Source: Amphiscolops sp. MND2022 (taxonomy: Eukaryota). Taken from it: a stretch of 63,742 nt of DNA. Where the stretch lies: the NCBI GenBank assembly GCA_964187785.1, contig CAXLNC010001113.1, positions 124,001-187,742 of the forward strand, read 5' to 3'. The first letter of the stretch is position 1, and each line of letters begins with the position of its first letter. Made by a program: the position numbers and the translations under genes. Shown here in pieces: positions 19,182 through 30,490 of the stretch. The notes beneath the pieces are model-generated. The model had not been told where the DNA came from. It saw only the letters and a program-made list of their open reading frames with translations, and did not search any database.

Positions 19182-21101
19182 ATGCTGGCTGAACTACAAT
19201 CTTTTGCCAAACTGGATGTGTATGAGGCAGTTTCCCGTGCGGACGTAGGCCACCAAGAAATACTTCCTGGCAGGCTGGTTCTTGTGGTGAAACCCAATCC
19301 AGAGGGCGTGAAAGGGAAGAAGAAGGCAAGAATTGTGGTGTGTGGGAATTTCCAGACTATTCATCAGGATGAAATGACCTCTTCAAAGACTCCTTCGTAT
19401 CCTATGCTGAGAATGCTCTTGTCCTTAGCTTCATATCAAGGTTGGCCGATAGAGACGTGGGACGTATCAACAGCTTTCTTGTACGCCAGGTTGTATGGGG
19501 ATAGGGATACGGACCTTGATGGTCAATACATCTATATGAGGCCGCCAAAGGTCATTGAGAAGCTTGGTCTGTTACCGGAAGGGACGATATGGAAGTTGAA
19601 GAAGGCGCTTTATGGATTACGTACTTCACCGCTTGCTTGGGAAGTTGAGAGAGACAATACCCTTGCACAGCTCCAATGGGAAGTTGAAGAACGATGGTAT
19701 GGTTTGGTTCCTGCAAAAGGCAATCCCTGTCTATGGGCGATCGTTGAGCTTGATGCGGGAAATCATTGTGTGCCCGGTGTGGCCAGGCCATCTGCACAGA
19801 CTCTGAGAGCCGAAGAACCAGGGCAGCCGTCAATGGCCAAGAAGTATCGCACAATAGGAATTCAGACAGAAGGTCAGGAGAAACCTGTGAGGTTGCTAGG
19901 AGGACTGGTCATGTATGTGGATGACCTGTTGCTGGCAATGCCGGAATGGCACTTAAGACCTGTGGTGGATCTATTGTTAAAGAAGTATGTTATGAAGCAG
20001 TCGGGTGTTCTCCCTAGTGGGCCACAGAAACAGGATGTGCAGATTGGTTTCCTTGGATGTCGAATAACCAGAGACCAGTATGGTATCATTTTCTGTGACC
20101 AAGAAAAGTACATCCAACACTGCATGCATGAGAATGGGTTTGTTGGTGCAACGCAACAAGTGACGTTGAAGCCCTTTCACCGACCACCCGAAGTGGATGA
20201 GCGACTGCCTGAGGAAGTCTTGTCAGAAGAAACCAAAAGGAAGCATGTTGCAGAGTGCCAGAAGTACATAGGCCAACTGATGTGGCTGGCCACAAGGACA
20301 AGGCCAGACATCTCAGCTGTCCTAGGCATCTGCGCTTCCTTCATATTAAAGACTCCTCAGAAAGTGGCCAATCATTTAGTTGATTTGTGGAGATATGTGT
20401 GGACAACTCGTAGGTATGCAATGTCTACCCTTTCTCCCGCTATGGGCCCATCAAGTAGTTCTCCTCTTCCCGCAATGGGCTCGACAACAGGAGACCAACA
20501 TGGAAGCGATGTGGGTGAGAACATACGTCAAGATGGTTGCCTTGATGGCAGTGAAAGATTATCAATTGACAGACCGGAGTTTCACATCCATGCTTATACC
20601 GATGCCAGTTTTGCTACGTCAGGAGGGAGGAGTCGTTCGGGATTTCTTGTCTGTCTGGTTCAACCTGAAACGGGCGAGTATTCTGTTTTACAATGGTCCT
20701 CGAGGAGACAAACAATCACAGCGTATTCAGCGCCTGAGGCTGAGATAGTGGCAATGTCTGAGGGCATCATGACATCTATCTTGACGTATGATGCAGCAGA
20801 GTTTCTGGGTGTGTGTGTGGGTATAACTCCATTCTTGAAGATCCCAATGAAGACAGACAGTGACACTGGCCTGAAACAGTTAAAGAATCAGTCCATTGTC
20901 GTCAGGAATCGACCTCTCACCAAGAATTACAGCTATTTGCATGATGTGTGCTATGGGACACTGCTCCATCCCCCGTGCATTGAACCTTCATTTCTGCCGG
21001 GAAAGGTACAGAAGGCTGACGGAATGACCAAGATTTTGGGACGGAACCTTCAAATGGAGTTCATGGCCATGTTAGGTATGCGCTCCCCTTCTTACCTCTA
21101 A
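19182..21101 (+). CDS. Copia-type reverse transcriptase plus RNase H; preceded by a copy-specific TAG at 19170
   Basis: KARIVVCGNFQ, WDVSTAFLY, LKKALYGLRTSP, YVDD; RNase H AYTDASFA, WSSRRQ, SAPEAEIVAM, TDS, KADGMTK. Confidence 0.95.
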   Translation: MLAELQSFAKLDVYEAVSRADVGHQEILPGRLVLVVKPNPEGVKGKKKARIVVCGNFQTIHQDEMTSSKTPSYPMLRMLLSLASYQGWPIETWDVSTAFLYARLYGDRDTDLDGQYIYMRPPKVIEKLGLLPEGTIWKLKKALYGLRTSPLAWEVERDNTLAQLQWEVEERWYGLVPAKGNPCLWAIVELDAGNHCVPGVARPSAQTLRAEEPGQPSMAKKYRTIGIQTEGQEKPVRLLGGLVMYVDDLLLAMPEWHLRPVVDLLLKKYVMKQSGVLPSGPQKQDVQIGFLGCRITRDQYGIIFCDQEKYIQHCMHENGFVGATQQVTLKPFHRPPEVDERLPEEVLSEETKRKHVAECQKYIGQLMWLATRTRPDISAVLGICASFILKTPQKVANHLVDLWRYVWTTRRYAMSTLSPAMGPSSSSPLPAMGSTTGDQHGSDVGENIRQDGCLDGSERLSIDRPEFHIHAYTDASFATSGGRSRSGFLVCLVQPETGEYSVLQWSSRRQTITAYSAPEAEIVAMSEGIMTSILTYDAAEFLGVCVGITPFLKIPMKTDSDTGLKQLKNQSIVVRNRPLTKNYSYLHDVCYGTLLHPPCIEPSFLPGKVQKADGMTKILGRNLQMEFMAMLGMRSPSYL

Positions 21102-21279
21102 TGGTGTGTCTCGTCAATTACACGTAATGTGTCGCATGTTGTGCTAAGCTGTGTTTCCTTGGTGGACTGTGTTTGAGAGAATGACTGATGAGATTGAGGC
21201 TGTTCCCGTTATGGGCTAATATTTGTGTGTCTGTCTGGAGCCGTTTACAGGAAAGAGGATCAAGGGTGGCGGTGCGATT

Positions 21280-24200
21280 ATGTCCCACAGGGGGGAGGGA
21301 GCCATCTATCAGGAGGGCCAAGACCGGCCTTCCCAACCTGTTGCCTCTAGTCGGCAAAGGACAAGCACAGCTGGTGCAACTGAGATGGCCCCGAGTGGCA
21401 TTTCTACAGCATCATCCACGCAACCGTCACCACCTCTTCCAACCAGTGACCTACCTAAGGAAGTGCCGCATATGGCAGAAGGAAGGTCACAAATGACCGT
21501 AAAACTCGATCAAGCAGTAGATGCGCGACAATTAGCTGCGCATGATGTGGTACCACGGCTGAGAATACAGCTTGAGGAGATCTTTGAGCCTTCCCCTGTG
21601 GACCAGGTCGACTTATCTCAGACTGTCAATAGTCGAGTGATTATCATTCATGGCCCCACTGGAACAGGAAAATCGACAGTGATCCCATGGGAAGCTATGA
21701 GATGGCTGGAAGAACACTGTTCCCGCAGAGGACGCAAAGCTGGTAGGGTGATTTGTTCACAGCAGAGGAGGAAAGTTACCATCTCCTTGGCCCAGGAGGT
21801 CCGACGTAGACATGGCGAAGTTGGAGTCTCCACAGTGGGCTATCATGTGTCAAGAGACCGCCAAATCACGGATGACACTAGATTGGTTTATCTCACTGAG
21901 GCTATTGGTGTCTTCTCTCTGCTGAATAACAGATCGCCCGGTGTGGCCAATCCGCTAGCAATTGTGATAGCAGATGAAATCCATGAAAGGACCATGTACA
22001 CACAGATGATCATCGGCTTGGCTCGAGATCAGATGTCTCGTAGCACCGGAATGGTCTTGATCCTCATGTCTGCGACAGTTGATATGGAGGAATTGAGAGA
22101 TGCCCTTCCAGGAGCTCGGGAGATTGAAATTGGGAAGCATGAGTTCGCAGTGCACCGCTATTACCTCGAGAGGCCTGTGACTCAGTCTACCAATATTCTT
22201 GAGCAGACAGCACGACTAGTGGTGACCCTGCACCATCAGCATGGCACAACAGATCTGGTGGAGGGTGTCCCGAGCGGCCAATTCTGCGACCATTTCTTGG
22301 TATTTTGTCCAGGCAAGCCTCAGATGAGGGTTCTGGCTTCTATCTTGATAAGATGGCAGGAATTGGGATATACTCGGGGACTGGAAATTGTCCAAATGTC
22401 GAGTGGAGAGGACCCTCGGACCTGGGAGTACTTTGACAAAGCAGTGACAGACTATCCCGTAATGGGCCGTGATCGACCATACTACATGAGTCCTCATGGC
22501 ATCCAGAAAATGAAGCCAAACGCGGGCAAGAATGGTCCACAATATCCTCCCTATGCGGACAAGGACATCGTGACGCAATTATCCCATGTGGTCAAACGGA
22601 AAAGGAAGGTGGGGCTGACGACCAATGTCAACCAGACCGGAGCCACTCTGACTTCGGTTGCTGTGGTGATCTCGACGACAGGCGTCAGGACATGCTCCCC
22701 CAACTTGAGATCCAAAGAGGAGGTCAATTGCATCCAGACGGTGTCCGTGAGTGACCTGATTCAACAGGGAGGAAGGGCTGGACGTGTATGTCCCGGAGAA
22801 CATTATGTGATGGCTTCAGAATCCCAGGTGGTCGGACAGTTTCGAGGAGCAAGTGCACCAGAGCTGCTCAATGCCGATGTGGCACCGCTCATTAGCATTT
22901 GCAAGAGGATCAACATAGATCCACTCAACTTTCCGATCTTGAACATGCCGGATGAGAAGGTGTTGGGAGCCACCACACAGCGAATGAGAATGCTGGAGTT
23001 GCTAGACGATGACGGCAATCTCACCCATCTGGGACAATCACGACTGGTGTTGGACTATACCCCAGAGTGGGCCCGCTTTATTGCCAAGGCATTGGAGTAT
23101 GGAGTGTCGGAGGGAGCTATCCGAATTGCGGCGGTGCTATGCCGAGAAGAAGATCTATACACCCCACATGTTCGTGAATCTCTTTCCCATGTGGACGGTG
23201 ATGTGATGACAATCCTCCATTTGGTATGGTTGGCTGAAGGAATCTTGAAGAGGTTTCACATCACACGAGTCCAGGCACTATCCAACCATGATGCCGCAAA
23301 GGCAACCCTTGAGCGGGCAGGCCTACAAGTCAAAGGGGTGATGCAAGTCATGCAGAACATTGAGCAGCTGCGTGAGTCAATTGCAAACTCAGATCTCCCG
23401 CGTGGGCCCTTGAGGAGATCCTCGGACAAATGCTATGCGACCCTGCTGGTGCATGCTTTGTGGGAGGGGTTCTACATGAATGTGATGATCAAGAGCTTCA
23501 CTGGACAGTACGTGAGCCCTACCTATGGAGGCGAGTGGAGCATCAGCAAGACCACACTGCAATATGCACCCTTGGTGGTCCTCCCGTTGAAGAAGACGAT
23601 CATAGATGGGAACCCTTTCCTCCAGTGGATCACCCCATTGCCAGTTGAGTGGCTTGTCGAACGAGATTGGTGGATCCAGACACATTGGGAGGATAATGAC
23701 TGTCGCATGGTTTACCGCAATCTGGTCGCATGCCCGATATTGCGAGACATGGTGAGCACGGCAAGGCTGTACCCTGGTGGTCGAATCAAGATCATTGAGC
23801 TGAAGGCTATCCCACCAGTGGAAGAAAAGCCGCCAATGGCCGTGACCATCGATAATTGCGCAGTCATGTTGAATAGGTACCTCCTCACAGCCCGAGAGCT
23901 GGAAATCATCTTCGACTTGGTCTCGAGTGACTACTTGGTAACTGCATATGTGTCAGGCTCATATGTCTTGAACAACACGGTCAAGAATGAGGTCACAATG
24001 CAGGTTCTCAAGTGGACAGTGAGCACTTCCAAGTCCAAGAAGCCGTACAAACTGAACACCATTGACAAGCCATCTGTCCAGACACTTGGCGCTTACTCTT
24101 TCATTCCCCGTGAGGACTATCATCAGGAAGCCTGGTTGAGTGGTGGTAGAGAAGTGCAGCTTAAGTCCAATGCGGAAGACCTGGCCTTGTCGCGGATGTG

Positions 24201-27200
24201 GGGCTCCGTTGATGACACAGCCCTTGAAGAGACGAATATGTTCCAGACGGATGCCAGAGACTTGGCAGCAGACCGAGAAGCGGAGGAACATGAGGATAAC
24301 TTCGACTGCTATGGAGAAAAGGAAGTTTCCTCGATGGACAGCATCTTCAAGGAGAATGAGAAGCTCACCAAATGCCGCGAAGGGCACCAGGTCTACGGGT
24401 ATTGTGCTTGGTGCGACGCATCGATACTGAACCCGAATAAGCTTTGGAAGCATTATCTGGACTCACATCAGGTCCTGATGCAAGTGGCGCCTATGTCTCC
24501 TCCAAGCGTGTGGCAGACCCTGATGGGAAGAGAGATGGGAGCGAGAACACCTCAGTTCCAGACACCGCAGGGTCAGTACAAGTACTGGGTACAACCAGCA
24601 AAGAGGGATGGCATTGATACTTTTGTTATTGGGACTACCCAAAGGGGAAACGAGACCCTGGTATCTCTTGGAGAATTGTTTTTGGCAGACAACGGTGCTC
24701 TGCCCTTGGTGGCCACGAGCCCTGCAACACAGGTGCTCTCTCCAAGACAAAAGCCCCCTAATTGCGTGAGGGTTGCCCTGGGTGGCACTGATTACTGGAG
24801 CAAGGTAAAGCTGTATGATATGAATACGCTCCTCTCAATTGGGACCCCAGTCACATCGGACATGGCATTCTTGACGATGTTCAGCGAGTGGGGAGATATC
24901 CAGGGTGGTAAACAGGCTGGAAGAGGAGAGTACAGTTCAGAGGAACTGTATGGCATTCGTCGCTATCCCGACCAACTGAGAATGATGTCTCAAGAGGTGG
25001 AAGATGTGATGAAGTCCCGTGTGGCACCTCTAGATGTTCTCAGGGTTCGAGTGCCACATTGCTCTATGCCGGCCCCAGAGGTGTTGCAGGCGAGAATTAC
25101 ACCAGCCTACCACGAGGATAAAGGGGAAGCAAGGGGGTTCCTTCGTTGTGCCATAGCGGCTAGGCAGCAGAAGGGATATTCGGACTGTTCCACATGCCCC
25201 GAGCGGCAAATCTTCGATCACTTGTGGTTGGATGATTCGGAGTATGTGGCAGAGAGCACACTCCCTTCAAACCCCTTTGCGGGCCAGTGGACTTACGCTG
25301 ACAGCACAGAAGGCGAGAAGTGGAGATGGCTCACCCATGTAGACGTCTGGAGCGTTGCTCAAGAAATTCAGAGAAAAGGGGTGAAGTCAGAACTCAACTA
25401 CCACGAAATGGCAAAGCGGGACAGTGTGAGAAGGGTATGGCCAGTTAGTTTGGTGAGACATCCAGTCCCCAATGAGGCGTCTTCCAATGCCGTGAAGAAG
25501 GTATTGGATCAGTATCCCTGGGTGGACTCCGGCTTGCAGTGGAAAGGCACTATGGTCTTCAAGGAGAGCCCTGGTGAAGACAGGTCAACTCTTTTCGATA
25601 CCACCAAGAAGCCTGGAGTCAAACCCCTGAGCGGGCCTCCCAGTTCTAGCCAGGATGCTTCGTCACTTTCTGCTCCTCCAGCAAAGGCAATGCCTAGTGC
25701 TTTGACAAAGGCTGACACGCCTGCTGGAAAGGCAACTAGTTCAGGGAGGCCAGCAAGTGAGCCCGATATCAAAGACAAGGGAGATGGGACCGCAGGACCC
25801 AAGCCATCTACTCCCTTGAGGGCCGCTTCAGAGTCAGGAATTACTGATCCAACCAAGAAGGAGGATACGTCTGCTGGTCCAAAGGCCGCCTCAACGACAG
25901 TGAGTATGCCGACATCTTCTCCGAAACCCTCGTCCTCAGTGGCATCTATGCACACAGCATCAAGCGCCATGCCAAAGGAAAAGGCTTCATCTGAAGCAAC
26001 TCCGATGTCAGCACCTCCAGCCAAACCCAAGGCAGGACCGGAGACAGGAGGTCTGTCGACCTCGAGAGCCCCGAGTGGTGCAGCAAGCCAGTCGTCTGTG
26101 ACTGCAGGATCCGGTTACCCGACCATTGCAGAGTCGTTGGGACAGAAAAAGGGTCCACCGTTGAAGGCAGCTCCATCCTCGAAGACAACGACAGCGCCTT
26201 CTACCAAGTCAGAAGATACTGGTCATGCTGCCGCGAAAGGCTCTACTTTGGTACCTCCCAAGGATAAGGCTGAACCATCAAATCCACCATCTTCAACGGC
26301 TTCAGTCTCGCAGGTGAAGGAGCCAGCTCAGCCAGCAAGGGCTCCTCGAGCCCCTGCAGTACAACCACCTGTTGAAAAGGATGCCGCGATGTCCTACACT
26401 GAGCAGGTCATGAAGCAGGCTGCCTCAGCAGTTCCCACAGGCAAGCTCACGGATGAGGACTTTGAGAGGATGGCTCAGGAAAGGTGGCAGAGGATACTGG
26501 CTGAATCAACTACCTGTGTCTCAGGCAAGGCTGCGTCTGTTGCTCAACTTCCTCAAGAACTACGAGGCGAGATTCTGCCACCTCAACCATTGTTCTCACC
26601 GATCCGCGGATGGATAGACGGTCTGACACCACCAGTTCACAAGGAAGGTCGAACAATTGAGCTCTCTTTGCCCGGTGTGGTCGGTCTCTTCAAGTGGACA
26701 TTCTTGGCCGAAAGCAGGCACGCAAAGAGACCCGCCCGTACAAGGGTGGAGAGACCAGGCCCTGAGCAGCTAGGCATGGATGCGCTCATCATGATAGTTG
26801 ACCGTTCCACTGGAGATCGCATTCCCTGGAATACCGGTGTGAAGAAAGAGCTGGAAAGAGGCGCATATGCGGCGAGCTATGATCGCGAGAATCCAATGCC
26901 TGGAGACAAGAAGATCATCTTGCACATGCAGCCTATCTCTTACCTGAGCGATGCGAACAAGATTGCATGGATACGAGCATTCTTGGCATGGGCTTACAAG
27001 GCTGTGTTGATCCAAGATGTGAATCCCCAGGTGGGCATGTCCGTTCACACCGGAATGGTGCATTTTCTGAATGAAATGTACTCCCGAGTGAGCGTGAAAG
27101 GAGCCAAGCCACTATCAGAGGTTGGCCAAGGGATTCCGGTTTATGCATCTGGACAGGAGATTCGGACCGGTCGAGAGGGATTGATGACCTCGGATTGGGG

Positions 27201-27463
27201 TAATCCACTCTTCATAGCGGCAGGCCGGAAGATTGTGGACTCCCTTTTCACAGGAGCAAGCTCGAAGAAGGAATCAGACTTGGGTGACAGAATGGAGTCT
27301 GCCTTCAATCTCAGCTTCTGGGAAAAGGAGGGAGCTTTCGACTGGTCTTGGCTCGGTTTGGATCTCGTGAATGAGCGCATGACTGAGGAGCTGTTGGTGT
27401 CCCTTGAGTGGAGTTGTTATCGAGAGTCGGAGATCCAGTTGATACAGACGTTCCTGGACATCT
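21280..27463 (+). CDS. Intronless DEAH/RHA (HrpA-like) SF2 helicase ORF2, >2000 aa, C-terminus truncated
   Basis: GPTGTGKST (21652), DEIHER (21973), MSAT, FCPGK, TTNVNQTG, QQGGRAGR (22762), HA2-like LTHLGQ..LDYTPEWARFI; C2H2-like CAWC..H..H (~24400); low-complexity linker ~25600-26450. Confidence 0.9.
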
Positions 27464-27817
27464 ATAAAGTCCACCTCAAAGTACTGCAGTAAGGTCGCCC
27501 TTTTGACCGATTGAGCGGTCACCTTTGGGAACTGTATTTCTTCAAGTCCAACATTCCCCATTTCTCTTCTCGTACTCCCTCTCGATAATTCATGGTACCC
27601 ACGTCTTCAAGGGAGTTCTGCTCCATTTCTCGAAGGATTTTATCCCATGAAGCTGGTCCTGATGAGTCCATTCCTCTGCAGAAGTAGTCATCCAGGGACT
27701 CGAACTTAACATCCTCCTCTTGCTTGACACAGCCTTGATAAGATGCTCCTTGTTCCTGCGTTGGCTCACCTTCCTCCTTCTTTCCAAAAGAAGGCAACAC
27801 AGGAACTTTTGTCTGGC
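27464..27817 (-). mobile_element. Inverted near-identical duplicate of copy B gag segment 12417-12771
   Basis: The reverse complement matches 12417-12771 with only a few differences. Confidence 0.9.
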
Positions 27818-28559
27818 TCCTTTAGAATTCGGGGAAAAACTCGCAGCAAAATTCGGGACGACGAAAAGTTCTTCAAAATCTCTGGGAACTTTGGCTAGCG
27901 GGGTAGTCATCACAGAGATGATGTCTCCTATTGCGGGGGGGGTTCGTACAAAATCCCTGTTTCCTCTGAATTCGGGCCGTGTCCCTAGAGAAGGGGAATT
28001 CGATTCTGGACTTTGGTTCGCTTATAAACCTCTACATCGCTCTGTGGCCCAAATTATTTCCTCCAACACATTATGCACACGTGGATGTTCTTATTGTTTG
28101 GCGTCTCATGGGCTCGAATTGAATGCACGGAGGTAGCATGGGTTGACAGGGCTTCAATGTACAGACCGATCTCTTGCCACCTGGAAGCAGTGCAACGAGG
28201 TTTGAGTTGCCTGGCATCTCCAATCAGCTACCAACTACATGGCTGGTGCTTGAGATGGGCTGCGAAAGACTTTTCAGGCCCTAGCTGCTGTAGGGTCTGT
28301 AGACCGTGGTTTCCAAACTGTGGTTGGATATTCCTGACGAAGCAGAGTTGTATTGAGGTAAACATGACGTAAAAAGATGTTAACATCAGATTCAACCAGC
28401 TGAAAAGAAACAAGGTTCAAAGAGGTTGGAATCAGATTAAAATCAGGTAACGGGGGGGGGTTCAGTTGAGGTTACAAAGGGTTACGAAAATTTTAGCTCC
28501 GAAAAAAACTCTAACCACCATTTGGAAACCACCGTTTGCAGACCCTCGGCACCCCCCCC

Positions 28560-28795
28560 AGCCAGAAAGTCTTACGAAGATAATTCCAAAAACGTCTGTC
28601 GTGTAACTGCCATGAAATTCTCCAAAACAATTATTCCAAACCAATTTTTCTATGTAATTCTCTGAATCACAAACGAAAACGTGTCATGTAATGTGTGGGC
28701 ATTGACTTCCAGACAAATATGTTTCTGAAACTGATGTGTAATTATCAGGAAATCAATGCCGTTAACAGGAATATACATATGTAATCTTTCTGGCT
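28560..28795. repeat. Small TIR-bounded AT-rich repeat
   Basis: CAGCCAGAAAGTCTTAC versus GTAATCTTTCTGGCTG in inverted orientation. Confidence 0.45.
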
Positions 28796-29314
28796 GGAGT
28801 GTAACCAAGGGGTAGTTTATTAAGGGGAGGTTGTAACAAGAGCTTGTACGTTCCCTTAGCGGTTCCTATTCCTGCCCCCACTTGCGCCCCAACCCCACTC
28901 TTTTTCCTCTTTAGCTCCAGCCCATCCCACCGCCATACACCTCCCCTTACCCAAGGCCCCCGATAGGAACACACAAGCAAATGTGCTAGCTACCCCGGGC
29001 GCTAGCTACCCCCTAGTTAGTGCCTGAGCTTTCCCCTTCCCAAAGAGTCTTTGAACGATTTTTAGAAATAACTTTATGATGACATCAGAAGAAACCTCAA
29101 ATGGCTGTTCAAAACCTATACTGAAGGGTCTAGGTTAGAGTTTAGTGTTGACCTTAAATGGGTTTTCTACAAGGAGTAACCTTGATTCAGGCTTTGTTTG
29201 ATACATTCAGGTGGACATGCTGGTATGGCTGATTCGTGTTTTCATTTTGCTTTTAAGTTGGTTACTTTTTTCTGGAGATGGGTGGGAAGTAGAGGCTTGG
29301 GGTCCCTGTGCTTT

Positions 29315-29610
29315 CTTTCTTTCTTTCTTTCTCTCTCCCTCTCTCACTCACTGACTCACTCTCTCTCTCTCTCTCTCTATTTTCCTTGGTAACTCTTTTT
29401 TAGTATCGCTCTTCCATTTTGCTTCTTGGCTTCTCTCTATCTCTGTCTGATCCACGCACTCTCTTTCTCTCTTTTCATGCTCTTTGTTTGCGTTTCTCTC
29501 ACCATCTCTCTGTCATTCCTCGCTCAGAGAACACTCTCTCTCTCTCTCTCTCTCAGTCTCTCTATCTGTCTCACTCTGCTTCCATCTCTCTCTCTCTCTT
29601 GTTATCTCTC
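29315..29610. repeat. CT-rich simple repeats
   Basis: Direct inspection. Confidence 0.85.
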
Positions 29611-29749
29611 TTGCTCCATGTGTCAATTTTATTCTCTGTCTGGCTTTCTTTGTATATTTGGAGACTATACCACAGCCCCTCCCCCTCCAATCCCCTCTTC
29701 CTGAAGGCACAAGCCCCCAAAAGTTAATGTTTCTGCCGTGGTAAGCAAA

Positions 29750-30490
29750 AAGGACTTCCCACTGCAGAACTGTTAGCTATGGGTCGACTCCCTGAAGTTT
29801 AACATTGCAGAGGTGGGAAGCAAACAATGCTTCTCACTGCAATAATTGATAAATTGGTGTGACAGTCAAAGAGTTGATATTACAGCAGTGCGACCCCAAA
29901 AAGGCTTCCCACTGCAGTGATGTTAAAATTTGTGTGAAAACCGTAAAGTTTAACATCTCTGCAATGGAGAGCAGAATGCTTCCCGCAACTGAGATGTTCA
30001 ACATTTTAGCTTACGCAAGAAAAGCCTGCTTTTAGCTGGGGAAATGTCAAATATGTTAACTTTTTTGGGCAAGTCAGGAGATACCCTGAAGCTCCAATAA
30101 CATTCACATCATTAACATGTTTAACTTGTCTGCAATGTCGAGCACTTGTGTCTTACATAAGCAGAAAGTTTAACACTACAACTGTGGGAGTCATGTGATT
30201 CCCGCAACTGACATGTTAACATTTCGGGCCGCAAAGGGCAGCAAAATTTAGCATTTCTGCAGTGGAAACGTTTTTAAACCTCACAATTGAAATTTTAAGC
30301 CTTTGTGGCAAAAATATTAAAAAAAAATATGCTTCCCGCTGGGGAAACGTTATCCATGTTCAACTTGTCTTGGGCTAATTAGGACATGTTCTGAAAGTCC
30401 CCAGAAACACTAGCATCATTAACCCGGCCACGAAGTTTAACATTTATAGCTGTGGGGATCGTTTTTGGATTCCCAAAGCTGAATGTTATA
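29750..30490. repeat. Array of degenerate palindromic units (AAGTTTAACAT..GCAGTGGGAAGC / GCTTCCCACTGC..ATGTTAAC)
   Basis: At least six recognisable units. Confidence 0.6.

Larger units (their letters stand above)
10095..27463 (+). mobile_element. Copia-like cargo retroelement copy B (>=17.4 kb, 3' end missing)
   Basis: TGTCAATG terminus; gag, CCCH, PR, 2OG, MazG, PHD, IN, RT, RH in copia order, then a DEAH helicase ORF; collinear with copy C. Confidence 0.93.

Noticed and set aside
27464-27492. C-terminus YKVHLKVLQ* of the 2089-aa ORF
   Set aside because: Derived from the inverted gag fragment, not the native end
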